Below are positions 50,949 through 63,456 of a DNA stretch of 64,000 bases, piece by piece. The DNA comes from Eledone cirrhosa (taxonomy: Eukaryota), in NCBI GenBank assembly GCA_964016885.1, contig OZ024741.1, positions 395,126,001-395,190,000 on the forward strand, written 5' to 3'. The position numbers were made by a program, and so were the translations under genes. Each line of letters begins with the position of its first letter. The first letter of the stretch is position 1. The notes under the pieces were generated by a model. The model did no database searches. It was not told where the DNA came from and saw only the letters and a list, made by a program, of their open reading frames with translations.

Positions 50949-51447
50949 AATCTTCTATACACAATCATACACACCCGTGTATATTTATCTATCTATCTCT
51001 CTATCTATAAACTGATTCTAGCTGTCGTCTGTTCGACAGCGTAGACGTAATTCACTTCGCGCAGAAGTTTTGTTCCAATTTATTGCGGAAATTTTGTAAG
51101 TTTAATTTTAATTTTGATACTATTGTGTAGCTTGACCCCCCGTCTGAACTGTCAGGCGGTGGGTCAGCTCATCTTCGCCCCTCCCAGGGGTGAAAAACCT
51201 GTTTTTAAAACTTTTGTGGCATAAAATTTCAATCGTCTGGCAGAAATGTTAAACGAAGCTAACGAAAATAGTGGGGGGGGGGGGACAGCGGTAAGAGTTG
51301 TAAGCTCGCACGCTTTAGTCCCCCCCCCCTTCCTTCCCAACTAACGTCATAGAGAAGGAAAGAAAATAAAAAATAAAAACAGGCGAATGTGCGGAGAAAA
51401 ATGACGAAAACACAAATCTGGAGATTGATTCCAACAACAAAAAAAAT

Positions 51448-53138
51448 TTGAAAGAATTGCATGACAATATTAATACCACAAACAAAGAAACAACAAACAC
51501 AAAAATAACATTTGAAAACAACATCACAACAGAAAGCAAAACAGACGACAAAGTCAACACCAATAATATCTCATTTGCACAAACAACAAAAAAATCTTTA
51601 ACATATATACCTGAAAATATTTCAGATGTGGCACAAAGAATAAAAAACGTCAAACAATTCATAACTCAAGGGGAAAATGGAACCTTATCGGTATAAATGC
51701 CCCAAGAACTCACCAAAGATATTGAAAGTCGAACGGTCGTTTTCCGCACCATCAACAACATCTCAAAAAAACCTCAACAACCAACACAAGCAGAAATTAA
51801 AGCAGTACTTAGAGAAGTACTTAATGAAGCCACTTTCATAAGAAGAGACAGGCTGTATGGAAGCTTAGCCATTATTATGAAGAACGAATCAGCGGCAAAA
51901 AAATATGCTTTGTCGCCGATTCGTTCGACAAATTTTACCTTTTATCCATCTTATATGGGTAAAAGAACTCAGCGCATATGGCTGGATGCGATGATGCCAG
52001 ATATGGACTACTGCTGGCTCATAGCTGGCTTCATCGATCCAGCGAATGACAACGTGATTTCCATTGGGAAAACCACAGGCAATGCGTTCAGTGGAACAGG
52101 TATAGAACTTGTAGTGTAAATGAAGCCTGAACGCATTGCCCAAATACCCGACAGAATCCTATTAGAGGGCCACGGGTATATAAACATTAGCGTGGAGGGG
52201 AGAAGGCCGTCCTGTCATATCTGTGCAGGCAGAGGGCACCTGAAGGCGGCTTGTCCCCAACTCAACAAGAAGAAAACCCTACTACCAACACCAGCTCCAC
52301 CACCAACATAACAGATAAACAAACAACAAAACTCAGTCCCACCCAACCCGTCCCTCAGTAAAACTACACCACCACCACAACACAAACAGACACAACACAT
52401 TACCCAAAAACAAAACACAGTCCCACCCAACCACTCACTCAATAAAACAACACACAACACAGTCTAACATAGTGACATCCATCTCCCCCACAAAGAAAAC
52501 CAACACGGAAACATTACCAGCAAACATACCTCTTCCCTCCAACACTGAAGATAACCCAATGAATTCGGAGGAAGAAACGGAGTCCTTCAGACAGATTAAA
52601 AGGAAAAAAAGAAAACATGTGCAAAACACACAAGGCCAAACAGCCCCTACCCAAATGTCAACACAATCCAACAAAACACAAAACACCCCTCCAGCAACAA
52701 ACAAAACCAAACCTGCCCCTCCCCTCTTCGAAACACTCACACCATCCGAAAAAAAAGACATTACACTATACTTACATCAACAGAAACAATAATAAATTAA
52801 ATGAACTCATAAACAATAACTCTTCGGTACAAACCGAAGGGGTAAACTTTGTTTCTTCAGAAAACTACCCACATTTAAAATTAATAAAGATCCCAATGAA
52901 CCTCTACCAAAAACTAAAAAAGGATTTTAAGGAGGACGTAGGACCACCCTCTGTCAAACCCATAAACCGCGTCCTCCTAAAAAGCTTTCCCCCTCCCCTT
53001 CCCCTCCCCAACACAACTCCAAACACCCCAACCCCACCACACACTGACGACCCGACACCACCACAAGACACCCCTTCACCCAACACCCCCGACCCCATGG
53101 AAGTCGTACGACCCGAACCCCGGGAAGCAGAAAGGTAG
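51448..53138 (+). pseudogene. Tx1-like ORF1 (zinc knuckle, Pro/Thr-rich C-terminus) with in-frame stops and frameshifts
   Basis: VEGRRPSCHICAGRGHLKAACP. The same frame is interrupted by TAA at 51694, 52117 and 52309. Confidence 0.8.
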
Positions 53139-53171
53139 GTCTCTACACTCTCCTTTGGCTTAGCTGCCCAC

Positions 53172-56100
53172 ATGGATATGTTAAGAGTAGGATGTTTGAA
53201 TGCACGTGGCCTGGGCTCAACTTGGAAGCAAGCAAAGCTTCTAAATGACCTCAGGTCACGTGGTATAAATGTAATGGTTATCTGTGAGACTCGGATCAGC
53301 GTCGTGCGGCAGCTGGCCCCTACCTTCGATGACTTTGAGGTGCATGCATCTCTCTGTCAACCTGGAGGTGGGGTGGGGTTGTCGTACTGCTGGAAAAACA
53401 CCTGGGTCTCGCTGTACAGGTTGTTCACTCGGACCCGGAAGGTCGTTTGTTGGTGCTAGACGTTGGCAGTAGTGGAGGTGCGGCCTTGAGACTGGTCGCC
53501 GTCTACTCCCCTTTCGGAGCTGAACGACCCGATTTCTTCCAGCGTCTGGAGACTTTTCTGGGAACGTCGCGTTCCCTGCTTCTAGCGGGGGATTGGAATG
53601 ACATCCTAGATGCACGTTGGGACCATGCAGGAGCATGTCCTAATAGAGGGGGGTGTAACAGCCTCAAGGGGTTACTCGACCGTTTTAACTTGGTCGATAG
53701 ATATCGACTAGATTTTCCAACTGTGCCAACCTGGACTTGGACGAACCACAGTGGTCAATCTAGATCGTACTTAGATAGATTCTTAGTTAGAAGTAAGGAT
53801 AGGGACATATTAAGCTGTCCAGAAATGCTCACGGTTGGCTATACAGATCACAAATTAGTGACCTGCGTAGTCAATCTCGAGAAAACACATAGACAGGGTC
53901 CCGGTTACTGGAAACTTAATTTGTCTTTACCGGCAAAAGAGGCTTACAGAAACCGGATTAGCAGATTTGTTAAGGAGAGGTTGACGGGTGCAATCGTTAA
54001 CAACCGATGGTGGGCATCTCTCAAAAGAGAGATTAGAACAGAATCAATAAGTTATAGCAAGATGTTAGCTGCCGATAGGAATAGGAACGAGAAAGAATTA
54101 ACAGGTAAATTAGAAGAGGCAATCAAGAGCGAAGATGTGGCCAGAGTGCTGGCATCGAGGACGACCTTGAGCCAGTTTTTCGATGCAAAGCACGAAGGCT
54201 GCGTCATTCGAAGTAAAATACGTGCTCTAGGTAATGAGGGGGCCAAAGCCGTTGGCTGGGCCCGCGTGACAGAAGCTAAGAGTGGAAATCGATCCACCAT
54301 CCGGTCTTTGCAAGACGAGGATGGACGGGTGATCCGGGAGCCTAAGCAGATGTGCGAGGCCTTTCAAAAGCACTTTGCCCGATTGTTCGGGGGAGGGGAG
54401 GGTCCGGGCGAGGACGTGGATTTCGGTCCATACCTCGACGGCCTGCCGCGTCTCTCGAGCGAAGAGGCAGAGTCCTGCGAGGGACCAATCTCGGCTGATG
54501 AGATCGGGGATGCGCTGAGCCAATGCAGCAGACGCAAATCTACAGGTCTCGATGGTATACCTTACGAACTTTATTTAGCAATGCCGGTCTTCTTCTCCGA
54601 ACTCCTCGAAGCAGTCTACTGCAATTGGCAGCAGAACGGAAGAATTCCTTGTTCTGTAGCCAAGGGCGTAGTCTCGCTGGTGAGGAAGGACGAGAACAAT
54701 GGGGATAGTATAAATAATTTTCGGCCCATAACCCTGCTAAACACAGAGTTAAAGATTTTGGCCAAGGTGTTAGCAAAGAGGTTGGCGCTTGTCGTGGGTG
54801 GCCTGGTGGGAGATGCGCAGACATGTGCTATCCCATCCAGGTCCATTCACGACAACCTCCACCTAATGCGATACATCATAGAGAGGGTTGGCAACAAACC
54901 CGGCTTCGGTGGGGCCCTGATCAACTTGGATCAGTCTAAGGCGTTCGATAGGGTCGACCATGGTTACCTGGATGCGGTGCTAGCGGCGGCTGGGTTCGGT
55001 CCTGTTTTCAGAGGCTGGATCACTGCCTTACATAGCAACCACATCTGTTCTAGGATCAAGGTGAACGGCTACCTTTCGAAGCCGTTTGAAATCACACGAT
55101 CCATTCGACAGGGGTGCCCTCTCTCCTCCCTTCTGTACGTATTGACTCTCGAGCCTTTACTGAGGAAGTTGGAGTTGTTGCAGGGTATCCCCCTGGAACC
55201 AGGATTGAGCAAAGCGGTGTCGGCCTACGCCGATGACGTAACAGTAATGGTATCGACCGACTCGGAGGAATACGAAAGGTTGTCAGGAGCGAAACTGAAC
55301 CGGGAAAAATCCATCGGGCTGCAACTCGGAACGTGGAGAGGCAGACCGATGCCTCCCGACGGTGTCGTCGGACACTGGACGGAAGGCCCGGTGAAGTTGC
55401 TTGGGGTCTGGTTTGGACCGGACCTCCAGGTGGAAAAGAACTGGGGCGAGGTTACGAACAAGGTGTTTGCACTAACCCAGAAATGGGCCAAGTGTAAGCT
55501 GTCCCTAAAAGGTCGGGCGGAGGTGGCGAACATTTACATAGCCTCCGTCACTTACTACCGCCTGATTGTCGTGCCTTGCCCTAAGGAAACACTCACCACC
55601 ATGGAACGCATGCTCTTTCAATTTCTTTGGAAGAAGCGCCCTCCTATGGTGAGAAGATCCATCTGCTGCCAACAACCTTCGAAAGGAGGGCTGGGGATGC
55701 CGTGGTTGATGATGCGTAGGCACGCATTAAGGCTACGGCACCTACAGGTATTCCTCACTGGTCAACCGGTGTGGGCTCCGTTCGTGAAACGAGCCTTTCC
55801 GAGACTCGTCTCGCTCACCGAGCTGCAGTCCTGGGTCAAGCAAAGATCCGGAAAACTGGGCGACTGGCACACTGAGTGTGCCCAGGCGCTCAGGGCTCTC
55901 TGGCAAGCGAACCCGGCCATCGGTGGAGAATCCACCTCGTCATTCTATAGAGGGCTGGTGGCTAGCAGGGGCGATGACACCCTTGGAGAGTCGCTGGACA
56001 TGGAGGAGGACGAATTGGCCAGCCTGTTCGGTAGGACTTTCGGCCCGGGACCAATGGACAACTTCCAGAAGTCACTGTCCTGGCAGTGCTACCGGGGGGC

Positions 56101-56581
56101 TCTACCCGTTCGAGAAAAACTCTACAGACACGGGCGCCCGGGCAGGGATCCCTCGAAAAAGATTTGCCCTAGATGCGTGCGTCACGAAGAAACCGTTGCG
56201 CACGCATTGGTGCACTGTCCGGGCGTGGCTGATCTGTGGGGCTACGCCGAACGACTGCTGTCGCGGGTGGCGCCGATTCGATTGACCACCGAGTCCGTGA
56301 TGACAATCAAACCGCCTCCCCTCTTCACAAAGGAAGCAAAGGCGGTTTTTCTGTGCGTAATAGCCATGTTGAAAGAGGTTGTTTGGTGGACACGATTGAA
56401 AGGTCTGAGGTCAGGCAACTTCCTCTCTGGCCATAGTCTGGTCTACTTCTTCCGATATCACTTCGGAAGAAGGATAAGAATGGAGAGAGAGGTGCTTGGC
56501 CACAGGCAGTTTTATGAAAGGTGGGTGATAGTGGCGAGAATGGCTCGTATAAATGGGCCTTCTCTGTATACCATCCTGTAG
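53172..56581 (+). CDS. Tx1-like ORF2: APE endonuclease, reverse transcriptase and C-terminal zinc-binding domain (one frameshift near 53370)
   Basis: LNARGL, ICET, then a 1044-aa open frame with AGDWN, SYLDR, TDH, FRPITLLN, LDQSKAFDRV, RQGCPLS, YADD, CPRC..ETVAHALVHC. Confidence 0.92.
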
Positions 56582-56800
56582 GTAAAGAAGTGAAGGAGAG
56601 GGGAGCACCTTCTCCATGTGCTCCCTGGGCAAAGGATTGCGCACTTTTTCGGGGGCGTGTGCAACCCCCATCACGTCCCCTCTCTTTTGAAGTTGTTTTT
56701 GATTATTTTCATTTTATACCCTTTTTACTCGGTTTTATGTAAACTCCCCCTTTGTATTTGTCCCTTCTTTTTATACCTTTATGGTAAATAAAGAAATATA

Positions 56801-56854
<54 letters not shown>

Positions 56855-57276
56855 AGAGTATTGAAGTTTGCTTGAAGCATTGTGGAATAATAAGGTAAAT
56901 TTCGTTACGTCGTTTGGAAGCCTCGACAATGCAAATGGGTAAATCTCCGGGTAACAAGATCCGGTGGTGGAGAGAGAGATGTAAGTGGGTGTACGTTGAG
57001 ATGCGTGGCGTGTATAAGACGTGTAGAGGAATGAAGGAAAGAGCGTAAAGGATAAAAATAAAAATAACAACACGAGTGAGAGTTACCTTGGGAGAGATTT
57101 AATTGTCCCTATATATTTCGGATTCACATCCATCAACTGGGAGTTTTTTCTGGGGTGGGGGAAAGGTTGTCTGTCGGAAAGGTGCGAAACGTGTCCTCCG
57201 CTGTTCGTTGTTTTGAATATCAAAACACCGATATTCAAAACAAAGATATTTAAAACAACGAAATTTACCATTTACC

Positions 57277-57534
<258 letters not shown>

Positions 57535-57751
57535 AAAAGGTAAACAGAAATAACAACACAATCGGTACAGTATATGGAAGGAATATATTAGGTTAACGCT
57601 TGAAATAGCAGGAAGTGGGTCTTAGCGTTTCGGACGTTAGTCCTTGATCAGAAGAAAGAATGAGAAATAAGATAGATTGAAGGGACGGGCGAGGTGGAAT
57701 TGGAAAAAATGTATTTAGATAAAAATAACAGGTCCATTCATGTTGACAATA

Positions 57752-58280
57752 CTAGCTGATGTACTCAGCTTCGCCCAGGTAAACAGACGATAAGAGAAAA
57801 CGACTATATTGGATGCATTGTCTGGTTTACAGTATGAGGCCAGACCGTGGTGTGAGTGTGTGACAAAAGAAAAAAAAACAGTAAAAAATCTTCCAGATAC
57901 ACCAGATTCTTCGTTTTACCATTCGTGCGTAGTAGATGAAGATTTCTAAGTGTTCCCACTCAAGAACAACCTACATATAACTGTCCATGGGTAAAAAGTG
58001 ATTCTCTTGAAACTCTGAGCCTGAGGTTTATTTATGGTCATGGCAAAAGTGGTTCTAACAGGGAACTGAAGTCTTAAGAATTTGAAAGGCAGAGGGTAAG
58101 AGGAATCTTGAGAACAAATGCACTTTCTTCTTGATGATTGCCTCCAAAGATAGTGACTTCTAGGAGGTGGTTCATCTTCCGCCTGACAGTAAAGCGCGTG
58201 TCATTGTAAAGATGTGGTTGGTCCACGTTTCTCAAAAGGATGACGGAAGATCCAATCTTTTATTTTAGATATAGATATCG
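57752..58280 (-). mobile_element. Non-autonomous Helitron-like element
   Basis: Minus strand ends CTGGGCGAAGCTGAGTACATCAGCTAG|T (degraded hairpin plus CTAG) and begins ATCTATATCTAAAATAAAAG. Confidence 0.5.
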
Positions 58281-58297
58281 ATAATTATATATAATAA

Positions 58298-58458
<161 letters not shown>

Positions 58459-58721
58459 ATACCAGCATTCGAATCAGAGACGCTGGCTGCGAAACACGAT
58501 CATCACTGACAACGAACATGCAGAGAGAATCCCTTATGGTTGATTCCCAACATGCTAGAAATAGCAGTCAGTTTGGTTAGCATACCCGGGATGTTTTTCT
58601 TCTTTGATGTTATAAAATTAGTTTCAACAAACCTTCCTGGATATACTCTTATTCCATTGCTGTACTAACTTTTCGATTGTCACTTTTCGTGTTTGTGTGA
58701 TGTGCGAAGGAACCATATGTA

Positions 58722-59485
58722 TGTATAGCGGAATACTATGTTTTACCGGCGAAGATTCGAAACCGAATCTGAGGTTTCTCGCCTCTAGAACCACCTATTG
58801 TTGGAGGTTCCCACGATTGTCCTGTCAAGAAACAAGTATGATAAACGTACATACCACTTGATCTGTGACCCCAGCTTGTAGACAGAGGAAATATAGATGG
58901 CTGCCAATAAATCAACCCATATACACATCCTTCTAGCTATAGGGTTATTATAAATACAAGAACTTGGGAAATCCAGCAGCAGTCCATGAGAGATAACGAT
59001 GTAGGCATCAGCAAACCTTTTACCCTTTCTAGCTTTCACCCTCTCGGCCACAGACTACAGCCAGACCGAAGCAAGCAGTCCGTGTTAAGGTCAACGATGT
59101 AGCAGACCTTTCACTCTATCTCTCTCTCCTGGCCTCACTGGTTCTCACCTTCTCGGCCACGGACTACGCCAAAAGACAAGAGACCACGAAGCAGCAGTCC
59201 TTAAGACGAATAACGTATACTAAGAATAGACACACACACACATAGTAAGTTTCATCTATTCTTCCGTCTCCCTGTCATATTGTATCCTCGTATTGATATA
59301 TGCATACACGCTAGCTCGAAGTAGCTAGCCAGCAAATAATGTAGTGATAAATCTTGTCATAAATATTATTACTCGATGTTCAAAGTGAATATTGTTATTG
59401 TAAAATAAACATTGTTAACATCACAATTCTGGCATTATTCTTTTTATCATTCATCCACAAAAGAATACATTTATCCCACTGCACA
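58722..59485 (+). mobile_element. Probable solo LTR
   Basis: TGTATAGCGG...CCACTGCACA termini, TGTA on both flanks, TATAAATA near 58950 and AATAAA near 59405. Internal direct repeat CTCGGCCAC.GACTAC..CGAAGCA. Confidence 0.55.
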
Positions 59486-59499
59486 TGTATGTATGTGTG

Positions 59500-59530
<31 letters not shown>

Positions 59531-59534
<4 letters not shown>

Positions 59535-60989
59535 TTACGGTAAATATTGATGTACTTTTTCCACATAGTAGTGACGGAGTATATTTAGAATAAGAAAATG
59601 CGAAGTAGTTTCAGATGTTAAAGTCCTTTAAGGATAATGCTGTGATACATATTTCAATGACGACAGTGGCCACACGATTCCGTGTACTCAGTGCCGTGAC
59701 ATCATCAGACAGCTTCTTACATAATAAGGTTATGTTCCCGAGGCAATCCAAATTGAATCGACAAGGGAACGGACAAAATGGGGGTTCTTGGATCCTTCGC
59801 CCGTTCCTTTGTGAGTCCCAATTCACCGGTTTGCGCAGGCGCAAGTCCGAAGGAAGTTGACCATCCACTACCCCAAAACTCTACAGAAATCGCATAGGCA
59901 GGTCCCCCCACACCCCAATGAAACAATCACCCCCATCGAGGTTTGTAATATGACATGGTTTTAGTTTACTGCTAGTCGCCCAGCCAGCGGCAGTTGATCG
60001 AAACTTAGTGGTGGTGCCAGAGTATGAGTTTCAATAGGCCTCGACACTACCCCTAAATTATGCTTGGACAGTAGAATTGATCATCACCCGTTAAGAGAAT
60101 ATAAACTTAATTCTAGATATTATGGTTTCACAGTGGAAATTATGATTGAAAATTAGAAATTAAAAAATTACAAGTTAAAATCTTGATTGAAGTAAAAAAT
60201 ATATATATATAAATATATATATATATAATAAATAATAAATAGGGAGATGTTTAAATTATAGTAGAATTTTTAAAAGGGGATTAATATTACAGATATATTA
60301 TCCATATATTGAACGATAGTACCGTACAGTGGAACGGAGGGTAAATTACAGTATGAAGCGTAGTAATTAGGCAAATAATTAGTTAATATCTTCTTCTATC
60401 ACATGAATCAAAACAAAAAGTACATAGATGCAAAATGAGAGAGGAGACATATATGAGAAAAAATATACGAGGAAGATAAACTGTATGGAAATGAGGGTAC
60501 AAGTGGTGAAAATGCGTGTCAATTTTGTCTATGTAAAGTGCATATAAAAATTTGTTATCGGATGAAGTGAGGGGGGGCTTCCGTTCAAAGCCTCTGTGCA
60601 AAATGCAGTTTGTTGCAGGAAAATAAGGGGTTTTACGTTGCTTTTAGTTCCGCTTATTTACCCGGTCGAAAGTTAGTTTATAATTTTATGTCCGTCAAGT
60701 AGTAGGGATTTCCAGTGTGTGTAATCAGTCCCCATGGTAGAGGGAATTTCCGGATGTAGCTGGTGACTGGTTCCTCCACTTCTTCACTATATCGGTTACA
60801 CCATAAAGCGCTCAACATTTTGGAGCTAAATTCTTACGGTACACATTGATGCAAGTCCTTTAATGATCATTAAAGGACTTTAACATCTGAAACTACTTCG
60901 CATTTTCTTATTCTAAATATACTCCATCACTCCTATGTGGAAAAAGTACGTTGAGTGCTTGAATTGAATTGCATCAATATTTACCGTAA

Positions 60990-60993
<4 letters not shown>
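59531..60993. mobile_element. 1.46-kb PLE-like element with about 100-120-bp inverted termini in (TA)n
   Basis: 59531-59631 is the reverse complement of 60870-60993 (with an indel of about 21 bp). An HHR lies just inside the left arm. A further terminal fragment occurs at 62082-62140. Confidence 0.8.
59639..59713 (-). ncRNA. Type I hammerhead ribozyme with long stem II
   Basis: GCTGT CTGATGA TGTC-ACGGCA..ACACG-GAAT-CGTGT..TGTCGT-CATT GAAA TATGTA TC^ACAGC. Perfect 5-bp stem I and AUC cleavage triplet. Confidence 0.75.
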
Positions 60994-61041
<48 letters not shown>

Positions 61042-61145
61042 AGGGAGTGTAACTTGGAGTTACTGCAGGTTCACCCGGGTGAGCACTCAATGTTTAGGTT
61101 CACTTCTGTGTTGAGGTGTTGAGGTGTAGAACTATACAGAGTGTA

Positions 61146-61456
61146 ATATATTGAAAGGATAACAAGGATGATTGGTTACTCCTTCATTACATTTATTGGT
61201 AGGAGACGCGCGTTTCGCCACTGATCAGCTCATGGTTCGATTTGTATCGATCTTACCCGACTCTATAATCGGCAGCTCGACGGACCCTTTAAAATGAATT
61301 CATTTTCAACTAGCATGTTAAAGGGTCCGTCGAGCTGCCGATTATAGAGTCGGGTAAGATCGATACAGATCGAACCTTGAGCTGATCAGTGGCGAAACGC
61401 GCGTCACCTACCAATAAATGTAATGAAGGAGTAACCAATCGTCCTTGTTATCCTTT

Positions 61457-61464
<8 letters not shown>
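61146..61464. repeat. Hairpin element with about 147-bp arms between (TA)n tracts
   Basis: Arms 61146-61292 and 61318-61464, about 4 mismatches. Contains GCGAAACGCGCGTC (HHR 3'-half-like). Unpaired extension 61040-61145. Confidence 0.9.
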
Positions 61465-61524
<60 letters not shown>

Positions 61525-61532
<8 letters not shown>

Positions 61533-61977
61533 ATACTTTGGGAGGGTCATGTTGCCAATAAGAAACACACGCACCAGTTGCTTTCACTTCAATTTATTAT
61601 AATAAATTTATAATAATTTATAAATTTATAAATTTCTGGTTGGTTGGTTGGTTCCACAACCAGATAGTTGTTTATATATTGTCATAGTTCTTTCGTCACA
61701 CACTCTGTGACCTCTTCAGTGACTGGAACAAAGGACAGAACAAAGGAGAGGCACAGAAACAAAGAAAGGAATCCCCAGTCACTGAAGAGGTCACAGAGTG
61801 TGTGACAAAAGAACTATGACAATATATAAACAACTATCTGGTTGTGGAACCAACCAACCAACCAGAAATTTATAAATTTATACATTTATTATAAATTTAT
61901 TATAATAAATTGAAGTGAAATCAACTGGTGCGTGTGTTTCTTATTGGCAACATGACCCTCCCAAAGTATAACAATAT
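61525..61977. repeat. Hairpin element with about 202-bp arms and an HHR in each arm
   Basis: Arms 61525-61726 and 61775-61977. Minus 61681-61723 reads GTCA CTGAAGA G-GTCAC-AGAGTGT-GTGAC GAAA GAAC TA^TGAC. The plus copy (61778-61820) has GAAA changed to AAAA. Confidence 0.9.
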
Positions 61978-62031
61978 CGGTTTCAACACACGATTTCAGA
62001 TAAAGAATCTTGCTAAACAAATTCAGAAACG

Positions 62032-62066
<35 letters not shown>

Positions 62067-62149
62067 CATACATACACATTTATATACTCCGTCACTCCTA
62101 TGTGGAAAAAGTACGTTGAGTGCTTGAATTGAAGTGCACCAACAGTTAT

Positions 62150-63456
62150 CTGGGTGTTCTGGAGGCAGAACAAAAAAATGAAGGAATTGATAAGATCTGA
62201 ATACCTAAGGAGAGTAAGGAACATACTAAAATCACATCTAAATAGTAGGAATGTCATAAGTGCAGTAAACTCCCGAGCTGTGTCTATTATTAGGTACAGT
62301 GCCGGAATTCTGAAATGGAATGTTACTGAACAAAAAGAAATGGATAGGAAGACTAGGAAGCTATTGACTATCTACAACATGTTCCACAAGAGGAGTGATG
62401 TCGATAGACTCTACTTAAAGAGATCTGAAGGTGGAAGAGGTCTTATCAGCATAGAGGACTGTTTTCAGATGGAGAAAAACAACCTGCACAAATATGTGTG
62501 ATAGTAGGGAGCCAATGCTCAATGTTATACTGAAGGAGAAGACAATAGACCAGGGGATGTCCAAGGAGGAAATAACAACAAAGAGGAAGAGCAGCCTTCA
62601 TGAAAAATCCCTTCATAGCATCTTCTTTAAGAAAACGGAATTCAGAGATCCACAGACATGGAGCTGGTTAAAAAGAGGAGACCTAAAAAAGCTACAGAAG
62701 GATTGCTAATGGCTGCACAAGAGCAAGCCCTCAGAACGAAGTGGGTGAATCATCATATTTACAAGGAGGAGGCTAGCTCACTGTGTAGGATCTGTGGAGA
62801 GAGAGAGGAGACTGTGGCTCACATCATATCCGAACATAAACACCTAGCCCAGACCTACTATAAAGGCTGGAGGCATGATATAATAGGAAAGGCGATTCAC
62901 TGGCATTTATGTAAGCTAAATAATTTACCACATTCTGAGGAGTGGTATGAGCATAAGCCAGAGTCGGTAATAGAAAACGATCAAGTGAAGGTGCTATGGA
63001 ATTTCAGGATACAGACAGACAAGAAATTAGAACACAGCAGGACTGACCTGGTGGTTTTTGACAAGGAAAAAAGATTTTGCCTGATTGTAGATGTAGCCTG
63101 TCCATTTGACACAAGAGTACCAGGAAAAGAGGAGAAAATTAACCGATACCAGGACTTAAAGTGGGAATTAAAAAGGATCTGCGATTGTCATGAGATCAAG
63201 GTCGTCCCAATTGTCATAGGAGCACTAGGTACTATCTCAAAGAGTTTTCAAGAATGGTTAAAGAATATTAGTCCAGCCCCCTTTTTTGGAACACTTCAAA
63301 AGGCATGCTTGCTGGGAACAGCAAGAACCCTCCGATACGTCCTGAATATCTGAGGTTGCAGGTAGTGGCTTGATATTCATTTGAACAAACTTTCCAGTTA
63401 AATAACATCAATGACTGAGACTCAAAGAACGAGAACAACAACAACAACAACAATAA
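62150..63456 (+). mobile_element. R4/Dong-like non-LTR retrotransposon 3' part (restriction-like endonuclease)
   Basis: RLYLKRSEGGRGL, AAQEQALRT, CRICGEREETVAHIIS..RHD, QTDKKLEHSRTDLVV..IVDVACP, VPIVIGALG. (AAC)n(AAT)n tail at 63434-63456. Confidence 0.85.

Larger units (their letters stand above)
51010..56802 (+). mobile_element. Near full-length L1/Tx1-clade LINE
   Basis: 5' UTR, broken ORF1 with CCHC knuckle, long ORF2, T-rich 3' UTR with AATAAA, then (TA)n. The 5' boundary is approximate. Confidence 0.92.
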
